Source: Lingula anatina
Lineage: Eukaryota > Animalia > Brachiopoda
Reading direction: 5' to 3'
Length of the DNA: 64,000 nt
Assembly: GCA_051362555.1 (NCBI GenBank)
Contig: CM120645.1
Coordinates: 20,274,001 to 20,338,000, forward strand
Every line of letters starts with the position of its first letter. Position 1 is the first letter of the stretch. The position numbers and the translations under genes are program-made. The notes under the pieces are model-generated. The model was not told where the DNA came from, searched no databases, and saw only the letters and a program-made list of their open reading frames with translations. Below are positions 12,521 through 23,706 of the stretch, in pieces.

Positions 12521-15500
12521 TTTGTAAATGAAACTAAGATGTTAGATTTATCATTCTAAAATTGCCGAAATACTAAAATTGACGTGAAGGACAGTGAACT
12601 ACTTTTTGGCAAGAATTGTTTTATGATTCAAATTTAAAAATGTATTGGTAAGAAGTGTAATTTGCTGAATTTCTACATTACCCAGAAATATAAGGTTTGC
12701 GATCTCGCAGTTCTATGTATTGGCATCTAAGTTTTTGAGCACTCCTATAAACATTTTATTTGTTTTGTTGAGATAGCTGGATAAGTTTTTGAATAAAGTG
12801 ATAGCTGTCCTATCCATAACACATTAAAAACCACATTTTTCTCGTTTACAAAATTGGGCCGCCGAGAAACCACTAAGGTCCGGTTTGTCATAATTTGACG
12901 CTGTACATGCTTTGTGCAGTACTCTGCACCATATAAAAACTTACACTCAGCCGTTTAAAGAAAAACGCGTTGTTTTTGGAAGATGGCACGATGTTTTGAC
13001 AAAAAAGTAGTAAATGAGAGGACTTTTTATATCCACTTTTGTTCGTAATTCGTTTTTTCGAAATTGCATTTCTAGGACCGCTGGCTCTTTTATGTTTAAT
13101 ATAACAAAGTAAAATAATTAGTGTTAGTTTTAACTTTGATGAGGTTTTTCTCTTTTTTCTTCAGAGTTAACCATAATGGAAACACCCGAGACGGCGTTGC
13201 AAGCAACTACACTTGGACTCTTCCATATTTCCCATCCGGGTCAGACCAGCGTTGTATTCTTCGAGTCAGGTAATAGTTTTTGTAAAGCTACGTAAATTAT
13301 AGGATTTTTTATCAATATCTTGCCAATGTTTAGTGCATGCAAGGCTGGATGGTTATTTGAAATCCACTCTCTTGTCAAAATGCCACCGATAAACGAGTTC
13401 AATGGGAAAAACTAAAACGCGTGCGTTTAGCTGAATTACCTTTTCCGGGTACTTAATTAACAGTAATTGTGTATCAGTTATTGTAAAATAGTTATAGAAA
13501 TGTCAGTTATTGTATAATTTGACAGTTAAAATACAATAAAAATGAAGTATTTTCACTCAGTTTTGACATATTTACAGATATAACATTTCGACCGATGACT
13601 ACGATCCTTACAACACAGATCATACCTCCAATAGGAAGGTGTAAGTATAGCCAGGTGTTTCTTTTTTTATTATTTAATGTTTTTAAAAGAAATACACACC
13701 CTTGCATATAGAAGACTATTGATTTGATGAATACCAGTTTTTCAGAAACAAGTGCGCACCCGCACAACTTTCTTATAATGATAATGGTATTTTGCATTGC
13801 ATCACTATACTTCATAGTGTTTCCAGAAATTGTGTTATATTACGTTACCTTATATTATTTTATAGGGTCGGAGGAACCATCGTAAGGGAGTCCCCTATCA
13901 CCGGCAACCCCACTGTGGACATCGGCGCCGGTCTTTCCCCGCTCCGCCTCAATATCAACACCGCCCAGTTCGGCAGGACATTCCAGGACCGTTCACACGT
14001 GTTCCATCTGAAACCGCGACCCACTGAGCTCGCGGACAAGACCATTTACAATCTGAACGTGCGTGGGAAGAGAGGGAACATCGTTCAGACCTATCCAGCA
14101 GTGGAGTACGATTTTATCCCCAACGATCTTACTCTTAAGGCGAACGATGTGGTCCATCTGCAATGGACAGGTGAGAAGACCGCGGGGTCTTGTAAAAATT
14201 CAGTGGACTCTAGTTATTTTCTTTTATTACCATTATTATTCCCTTTCAAAAACCAACGTTTTTAATGTTTGTTAGGAGATGAAAGTGACTCTACGTGTCT
14301 AGGTAACATTATCTCTAGCCACTAAAGCACAACAAAAAGAAGCACGAATATTTAAAAAAATACATGTTAAACTTATTTTTATCTTAGCGTTTTGGTATTT
14401 TTTTTCTTAGGTTCCAACACGCATAACAATGGCAACCCAGCAGGTGATGGGCAGGCGGGTGACGCTGGTCAGGGACAAGGCGGTAAGATCACGTGATATT
14501 TTGTTCACGAGAACGCGAGACATTTGCCTTGCTGATAAAAAAATACATTTTCATATGTAACTCGTTAGATTAGTTTGTGATATGTTGTTAATTGGTGAGA
14601 AAATCATGTACTCGTTTATTTCCTTGTTTACTCTTTCTCTAACTCGCTCATCCATGTATATACATATTCATGAATTTTCTTGAATAATATATCTGTGCAA
14701 CATTGTGATTTTTTAGCTTTAAAACTCTGCTAAATCAGTCCTACTATTCCTTGACTCAAGGCAGATCTCCATCATGTACGTAAGTCAATTCAAATAATTT
14801 TTTATATTCATTTGTTTCAAGGAACCGACAGGCACAACTTTGTTCAGATTCTGGATCGTAACCACAACTTCCCGGCGCCATTCGAGGCTACCAGTATGTG
14901 GGACAACACAGAGGTGGTGTGGGCGTATTCAGCAGGTCTGGTCGGCAAAAACCCTCTGAATACCGCCCTCAATGTGGCCACTTCCGGCTATTATGAGTAA
15001 GTTTTTTTTTACTTTTTTTAACCCTTTATTACCCTCTCTGTCTTAAGTCTTTCGGTTTTTATTTTTTAACTTTTATTAGATTATTTTATTTTATTGTTTT
15101 TGCCTGACTTCCATTCCGATTAAGCTTTTTTTTTGCTCCAGCATTGAATGAACGGTCTATTTTTGCGTGATTTATAAACGTGATTCTTAAACGAATGTGA
15201 TATCATGACAGATAGTAAATTCGACTCTTAGTAACAATTTCACCGTTAATAAAATTTGTAAGCGGGTGCTTCATTATTTGTAATATTATATATAACCAGT
15301 TTATGATAAAACTAATAATTTTTTCCCCCTTTTAAAGGTGCTCAACAGAGTGCAGCGAGTCCGTGGGTAGTAAGGATAATCTTCAGGCGCAGCTCAACAA
15401 CGCTGCTGCCTCGTTCGAGGGCCTTGTTCTGAAGATGAGTCCCGGAAAGTACCATTACATGAGCACCAGAAACAACGCCTTCACCAACAGGAGCCAGAAG

Positions 15501-15527
15501 GGGACCATCACCGTAGTTGCGGCATAA
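5832..15527 (+). CDS. DD3-3 family secreted protein, paralog B (complete, 13 exons, ~660 aa)
   Basis: Exons 5832-5972, 9033-9110, 9374-9530, 9773-9952, 10400-10592, 11822-11994, 12312-12462, 13165-13269, 13578-13640, 13866-14170, 14411-14482, 14822-14996, 15338-15527 total 1983 nt in an open frame. Signal peptide [16 protein letters not shown], then [14 protein letters not shown]; also EWTNQHGCG and [23 protein letters not shown] motifs. Confidence 0.88.
7031..7275. mobile_element. MITE-like family 1 copy b (rearranged)
   Basis: Shares tagatcgatc..taactccctggggagtctcacta and the taattacccc core with the other copies; the left arm is partly duplicated. Confidence 0.6.
7664..7800. mobile_element. 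Short MITE family 2 (CCCTCTACCAGG terminal inverted repeats)
   Basis: cttgccctctaccagg ... cctggtagagggtaag with TTAA near both ends; internal tgatttttcactagatattca shared with 53681-53810. Confidence 0.65.
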
Positions 15528-16748
15528 ACAACGGCTGCGAAACTTAATAAGAACAGCCTTCGTGACTTTACTTATGTGATGCTCTTTCTTTTAAATTACG
15601 TGTTTAGCATGAATACCGACAAATACAGAATAAGGCACCATTCTTATGCTGCATCAGCATTTGTATCTCCGATTATGCTGTTCTCACTTGCTTAAAAAGT
15701 TCGTCTCGAATTCAGACAATAACAGTAGTTGGCTTTCTCTTAATTTGGTCGACCTGTATTTCATATCTTGCGCACTGTATTTGAAAAAGAATAATTTTCA
15801 AGCAATATCCGTAGCCTTGTTGCAAGTTTCCTGTAATTGGTGTATTTAGTGTTATCAAATTCAGTTCTGGTATTGTTGGATTTTGCTATCAATTACAAGT
15901 TTTGAAGTTTTTATCACATTCCATAAAACGCGAAACGTAGCAATATGCGTGTGAAATGGTAGCTTTTAATCTGTTTGGTTTTATTAGTATTTGTGGCGAA
16001 ATTGGAATAAACTCTATCGGATTTAGATTTTGCTTTGTGATATCTCTTACATAAAAACATTTTGGGATCTTATGCAATACTGATGTTTTTTCCTCAAATA
16101 AGTCGGCTTTTTCGAGTAGGGATTGTTTTACCGCTCAATTTTTTTAGCATGGAAAATGTTCCTAAATGTTCACTTAGCCTAAAGCCTATGAAGAAAAAGA
16201 ATGAACTCAATTAAATGCTTATTCTCCCTTGAGAATTTGAAACTCAAAAAGAGATTGTTCATTAAGGAGATTTTTGTACATCGATATTGAACCTAAGGGA
16301 CCCCCCTTCTTTGGCAACTGACTCTTGAGGAAATTAAAGTAACTATCATATGTAATGAGTATCCATACATATCTTTAAATCAAGTTCATGGGTTCCTGTA
16401 TGTTTTCAATTACTATTTGTCACCACTCGAAGGCCAAAACGCCGCCACACTGCATTATATAATTTTTCTTGTATTTATTTCATATTTTTGCGTTCATAAA
16501 ATCCATTATCACAGTATTTGCCTTCATTTAGTGCAATCACATCCCACATTGCATTACGTCAATAATGCATATTGCTTCAAGTATCACAGATACACATTTA
16601 TATCTTTATCCGGAAAAAAAATCAAGTTTACTGAAATTTTCAGCAATTCCCCTTTTTCATTAAAGGATATTCTAACTGAAACTATTGATAAAATTGCTAT
16701 CGAAATGCCCACTTTCGAGAAGTTTTTTACCGTTACAAGTGATATTTA

Positions 16749-17345
16749 GACTTGCCCTTCAAGAAATCGACGGAAAATAGCTTTTTCAAATTTGAATGGG
16801 CACTGTAGAAAACATATAACAGCTAAAGCTCTCAAATAAGGCACATATGTGTGATATCATGCGAAGAATAAGTTCAATCCAAGCAGTTGAGTACATTTTG
16901 AGACAGAACGCTTTAAATGTGCAGCAAACCGTAACGCTAATCCCTTCAAGATCTCGACGAAAACCGGAAGTGCGTCATGACGTCACTCGCTTGTACTTGG
17001 AAAGCTGCTGGGTGATTTTCCGATGAGAAATATTTCGTGGCTTATACAAATGTTCGGAAAATGACCATGCAGATAAAAGAAAATTCACTTATCAAAATTG
17101 AAACTGCGTAATTACATAGAAAAACATTGTGCATTCCTGACCTCGACTTGTCAGTGTAAACAAAGTGTACTGAACGCATCGCAAGCAAGCACGTGAATGC
17201 CGCGTTTGATACTTTGTATCAGACGCTTCGTTTTACTTGACAACACAGTGTTTACGATGGGCATGACAGGAAAAACAGTGCAAAAAACACGCACTTCCGG
17301 TTTTCGTCGATTTCTTGAAGGCGTCGATTTCTTGAAGGGCGAGTC
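16749..17345. mobile_element. Non-autonomous DNA transposon, ~600 bp, flanked by TA
   Basis: TA|gacttgcccttcaagaaatcgacg ... cgtcgatttcttgaagggcgagtc|TA (24-bp TIR, 1 mismatch), plus an inner inverted pair at 16943-16974 / 17289-17321. Confidence 0.8.
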
Positions 17346-17837
17346 TACCCGTCTGTCTCCATTACAAGAGTAACTAGAAACCCCTTGTGGGCCCGAATTT
17401 TTAATAAATAAGATTGTCAAATATAGAAATAGATTTCAATATAATTAGCAGACGAATAACGTAACACAGATATGAAAATTCAATGATCTCATAACGAATC
17501 TCTAGATATAAACTTACCCGAAAATATTTTAAGCAATTTTGATCAATGCAATGTCATTGTAAATGTTAACCATAGCCTTTAATAATTTGATAGACCAATA
17601 ACAACCATAAAGTTTGACCATTAACTAAACAAGTAAATTGGTAATCACAACATTTTCACATGCCTTAAAATGTCAGCACCGACTTGAGGTAAAACGAGCC
17701 TATACTAGAATAAAGTTTCCAGTAGTACTCCGATAAAGAAGCCTAAAAACGAGCTTGTATTTTTCCGTGAAATCGTTTCTTTCAGGCCTATACATTATAT
17801 CATTTGTAACTTTGAAGATGCATAACTGTCTGGCACA

Positions 17838-20800
17838 TTATTTTTTGGGTTGTAGTTTCTGTAGGGCAGAATCCCAGGCTAAACGCGCACCCATAATTCT
17901 TTGCGTGTCGTGAAGAGAGTCAAGCCTGCGGTTTATTGACTGAAGAGATTTTTCCATTTCGTACAGGCGGCCATCAAGGCGGGCTATGGTGTCTGTGAGG
18001 GCGTCCTCATCACTGCTCGAAGCCAAATCCTTAAAGCCTCGAATGGCCTTCTTCGATAACGTCAAGAACCATCGTTCTTCTGCTAAATCGAACATCATGT
18101 TTAGTTTACCGAGTCGAATTAAGTCCATTAGCTTCGGTATCAATGGTGTACTCCGCTCAATCTGCAGGGCAAGGCGTAAAGAATACACTCTCCACCAAGC
18201 AGCCTCTTTTTGTCGCACTTCCGAATATGAGTCATTCATTAGCGCGATTAGCAAATTAAGGAGAACAATGGTGCCGACAATGAGATACAAGGTGAATAAA
18301 ACTTGGAAGAAATTGCGACTGCGGTCCGTCTGGTCGAAATCATCACCAGAAAGGGAGGAGATCTGCTCTGTAAAACCTACCATGATCATAAAGGTCGAAT
18401 ACAGCGTCATCATTGGTTGAGTCTTAGCGGCATACGGGACCCCGACGCCCTGAAACAACGCATAAAAAGCGAAACCAAAGGCCAAAAGAACAAACAAATA
18501 GACAAACATAAATCTGGTCAAATCACGGATTATCATGAATTTCAACATTTGAGAAAACTGATGGATACTTTCAAATGCTTTTGTGAACGTTATGCCATAA
18601 AGCCAACCAATGATGATGGCAGTGGCCAGAACGTAGTCCTGGTATTCGTATTTCACTGCATAGAGACCGAACCACGCAACTACGAGGACGCAGAAAAAAG
18701 TCCCGATGAAATATGTGACGTGTTCGTTGAAGAAGACCCATAATACGTGCAACAAACGGTCTGAAACATTTGCATGTTCGTTTTCGGAATCTTTGAAATT
18801 CGGTGCGCGTTTGTGAATAACGCACTCTCTCACGGCAAAATAGAATTCTGCAAACATTATCAACAGCGGCCATAATAGGAAGAGTATGTAAGGGAAGATG
18901 TGAACTTCGTAATCTACGTTTGTCGTAACTCCGGAGCTGTCGGTTAATGTGTAATTGCCGTTGACTAGAGGCGGAGGCAGTACGGGAACACAATAGGCAC
19001 ACAGCAACGACATGTACAGCACATGAAGCACCATGAGAAACCCGTAGAGCCACTGGTACGTCGACCAGAAGTCGTCTGCCATCTGGGATATTGGTGTGAT
19101 GCTTAAAATTTTTGCCGAACGCGCTACCAGGGGCGAATCGCAGATGATTTCGATCAAAGAGCGCTCATTGTTGGTGGAAGCATCCGTGCCTTTGTCTATT
19201 TCATCGTACTGAACTTTTGACGGGGACACAGTTGATCGCCCCGGTTTCGAGCCTCGACGAGGCTCTTTGGTACTACTGTGCTTCTTGAGGCCTTTTGAAG
19301 GACTCGACTTTGTTGATATATTAGTTATATCATACTTAATTGCATTACGCGTCTCGAATTTCGTCACACCTGGAATGTTTAAAAGAAATCTTATGATCTC
19401 CAAGGCACCTAGATGCGCCGCATACCCAAAGACGTTTGTATCTTCGTTGTTGAAGATTTTGGTTGTCAAAAAGAGAAGGGACGTTACTTTGAGCCTTTGG
19501 TACAAGCCTCGATCGTCGTCGGGGTAAGATAAATCCTGCTTGTTGCACCACCACCGCACGGAATTCTCAACGATACAAGAACAAACGTCCAGACCCTTAA
19601 GGACAAAAGCATCATCATCGGCGACGCAGAACGCGGTGGTATGCAGCATAGTGTTACCGTCCGCGTCTTGAAGCGACAAATCGGCGCCAATACGGATAAG
19701 ATGTTCGATTCGGCGGACGTCACCCTTCTTTGCCACGATATGAAAGAGTGTCTCCCCGACGGCGTTCCTCTGGTTGAGATCTATATCCCCACCACGCTGT
19801 GTTCTGAATATGTCTAGCATGGTGTTGAAGACCTCGGGGCAGGCTTCGTTTATGGCTGCAACATGAAGCGGGTTATCACCGTCGTTGTTCTTCTGTTTGA
19901 TGTTCAGGTTTCTGAGGTATTTGAGGACGTCTGGGTTGGTCTGGCGGGCAGCAAAGTGTAAGGCAGTGTTGCCCTCGTTGTCCACTTCGTCCAACAGAGT
20001 CCACGTATCGTTGGTGATAATATGGTTGACCAGGAGCTTTACGATGTCCGGGTTGGTGTTTTGGGAATGGATCGCTGCGTGTAACGGTCTCTCTCCACGG
20101 TTATTCTTTGCGTCCATTTTGGAAAACTTCAGGAGAGCTTCAACGCAGTCTTCTTCTCCGCTTCTGCAAGCCACGTGCATTACCGTGTCTCCATCGATGT
20201 TCTGTTTGGCGACACCTGTCCCGTCGGCGAACTTTCTTAAAACTTCCGTCATACCGGTCGTTGCTGCCACATGGAGAAAGGTGTTATCGTTGCCGTCACA
20301 AGCGGCAGGGTCCACGCCGTGTTCTATGAGTAGGGCAATTTTATCACAAAACCCGAGGCTCGAGGCAACGTGCAATGGGGTCCGCCCTTTTGGGAAAGGC
20401 ACTGGACCTTTGTCTTTCTTATTGTTTCCCACAAACACGTTGAAGTCCGCCGTTTCTCTCATGTAATCAATAAGACCGACCAGTAAGTCAGAATCGGGGT
20501 TTTCGACGGCATAGTCCCAGATTGTCTTGCCCTCTAAAGTTTCGTGTTGAAAATCAGCGCCCTCGCGCGCCAAAAAGAGGGCAACGTCTGCAAAACCGTT
20601 TCTACCCGCTAGTAATAATGGAGTGTATCCAAGGTCATCCTCCTGCTCTAATTGGGCACCGTGGCGCAATAGGATTTTAACGACTTCGAGATGACCTTCA
20701 GAAGCCGCGTGCTGAAGGGCTGTTTCTCCTCCTCGAATAACCTCGTTAACTCTCGCGCCGTGCTGTAGCAACAATTCCACTATCTCCTCGCTTCCAAGCG

Positions 20801-21923
20801 CCGATGCCAAAACCAAAGGTAAAACGAGGCCAAGTTTTCGTTTCTGATTGACATCGACTTTCCCTTCTTCTATAAGAGTCTTAACTGCCTCCACGTGGTC
20901 ATAACGCACCGCCCAGTGAAGGGGCGTGGAACCCTTGTCGTTTTCGAGACCAACGTCAGCATGTTGCGAGATGAGATACCTCACAAGTTCAATATGGCCG
21001 AATCTAGAGGCCCACAATATGGCTGTGTCATGTTTCTTATTTTGATGGTTCACATCTACGCCAAAAGACAGGAGGAGTTTCACGAACTCTAAGTGCCCGT
21101 GCATTGCAGCTATCAAGATTGGGGACAGGTCTCTCGGTCTTTGACCCTCGACTTGGGCCAAGGTTTCGCTCACCAAGAAATTCGCGCGAATGCCAGGCTT
21201 GTCGATGCGTCTGATTAGTATTCTAGCCCTCTCGACGTCATTTCTCTCGGCAAGCACGTGTAGGACGTTCTTTTTTGATGTTTTACCGGCAACTCTGGAT
21301 ATGAATTCATCCATGAGAAACGATGCAGTCTCATTTTCTATTAGGTAGTCTACAATGCCATAAGCGTTCTCCGCAAGAGCGTGATGCAAAGCATTAACGT
21401 TATCATCAAAAAGGGGAAGTCTTTCCCTGGATTTTAGTCTTCTGTGCATTTCACTCAAACGACCGACGTCATCTTTATTGATGCAGTCAAGTACCTCATT
21501 TCTTAGCTGTAGTTGCTCGTGATCATCATCGTTGACCCTAGATTGTTCCTGGGGTATTGTGATGACTGGCTGTTCTAGATGAGTCAAACCTTTCTTTCGC
21601 TGCCTTTGGGACAACTAAAATGAAAAGTAAGATGTAGTTTATTTCTTATCAGATTTAACCAGAATCATAAGCGTTCTTCTCTTCAGTTTATTTTTATTTT
21701 TACTGTTATGATGATGATGATGATGATAGATGGATAGACAGACAGACAGACAGATAGATACCCTAAGCTTTCTTCTTTTCATCAGTTCCGTGTAGTCTCC
21801 ATCCGTGTGCATCCCCGCCGACTTGCTCGGCACCATTATTGGAGGATCTTTCTCGCTTGATGTTTTTCTCGACACCGGAGTAACCCCTTCGTTTTCCAGC
21901 TGGGCATGTTCGATAGTAGACAT
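17838..21923 (-). CDS. TRP cation channel, TRPV-type transmembrane/TRP-box region with an extended ankyrin array (~1312 aa or longer)
   Basis: Exon 21923-21762 (frame stays open back to an AG acceptor at 21978-9) splices in phase 0 to exon 21614-17838. About 17-18 ankyrin motifs, several TM helices (TRP six-TM layout), S5 FVYLFVLLAFGFAFYAL and S6/TRP box LLNLLIALMNDSY..WWRVYSLRLALQIER. Confidence 0.88.
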
Positions 21924-22079
21924 AATCGAGAACTTGCGAGACTTGGACTGATCTTCCTCTTCCGTTTTTGAATGCTTCTAAGAAAGTTAAATGAAAAATA
22001 TCTTTATTGATCTTTGAAGAATTGATGTTCATTTTCCTTACGCATTTGTGCTCACAGCAAATAATTTGCGTAGTGATTG

Positions 22080-22132
<53 letters not shown>

Positions 22133-23669
22133 TGGCTTGCGTGTGTGTAAGAAAGCGCACGTGTGTGTTTGTGTATTTAAGTGATAATTAATCTGTAAAT
22201 GATTAACCATTGTTAGCAAAGTAATGCCATAATTGCATTTGTGGTCATTTTCCTATATACTCGTACACACGTGCCGTTAATTTAATAAATCAATTTAATA
22301 AATCAATTAATAAATTAGTCGTAATTTAAATTAAAAATGGTAAAAAAAATACGTAGGCAGAATGAAACCAAGCCAGGGCAGTTTATGACTGGGGCGGGGG
22401 GGGGGGGGGGGGGGGGGGGGGATATGGAGGTCAGCAGGTGAATTTTTCGAGTACAAATTTTTAAGATGAAAGTAAATTTTTTTACATTGTTTTTGAATAA
22501 TTGGCCCAGGCGGCTTTAGCAGCAACAAAATTAGTATATAAATACAAGGCTATTAGGGAGTTAAGTTTAAAGCAAAACATTCGCAAACATGCCCACTCTT
22601 GGTTTCAAATACCTTTTTCTTCTTTTTCTTTTTCTTTCTTACATTCAAATCCGGGACTTTGTCCCTTCCCTCATCTTGATCCATTATTTGTTTAGTCAGC
22701 GGCTGGCAACTGGATGAATAGATAAACAATGAGAGAAAAAATGATAAAATCAATCAGCATATATGTATATTCGAATGCTTTGTTAAAATCACATTTAAGT
22801 AATAATTTTCTACTATAACTAGAGAATTGTAACCCCAAAAAATTAATTAAGGAATACCACGGAGAAAGCTTCAGCCAAAATCGTGTATCTCCGTGCATGT
22901 AAAATGTGCTTTGCCTTTAAATGATTTTTACGCTTAATGGCACCGAGAGTTTATGGTATAAGAAACCACTCAAATGCCCTATTACTCAGTGACGGACTGT
23001 AAAAGTACTCGCGTACAAAGTATTGAGATGTAGGTGTTTTTTCAGGAAGAAACAAGTGACATTTTGTCATTTGTCATTTCCAGTCGAATAGGTGACTAAA
23101 TTGTAGGGTGCATTGTAAATGCGTTAATCTGATCACTTCTTATTTATTTTTTCATTCGAGCAGTTTTTCGGTAGTATGCCTTTATTATTATTATTTCCTG
23201 ATGGGCGCATATCGTTACACAACATAAGCAAAAATATTATGTTACGACTGACTAATTTTAATTTAAAAAGCTGTAATTCAGTAACCCTGGGCTAAAACGC
23301 TTAACTATATATAGCATTATATGTTTATCATCACGTTGGTGTTCTGCTCCTACTTCTTAAGAAAGGAAAATAGGTAATCGCAAGTTAATTGTTGATTTAG
23401 GATTAACTCATAGTGTATTTAGGGATTAAGTTGCATCAAATGTTTGACAACGGGGGTGGAAGCATCCGCGATAACTGTCATTGTCTTGATAGGACCAAGG
23501 ACCTAGTAAAGATTCTTGGGTCCTGGCTACATGTGTGTATAAAAGGCCGAGACATCAAGTTGGTGGATCGGAATTAAACAGAGCATATCATATCAAATAC
23601 CCATGAATACACAGCAAGATACCAAAATTGCATTACAGGGGGTCTATAGAGGTTCTCTACTGCGTATCC

Positions 23670-23706
<37 letters not shown>

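Noticed and set aside
17986-21092. Antisense and alternate-frame ORFs of up to 193 aa over the TRP exon
   Set aside because: Shadow ORFs of a long, GC-richer coding exon; no motifs.
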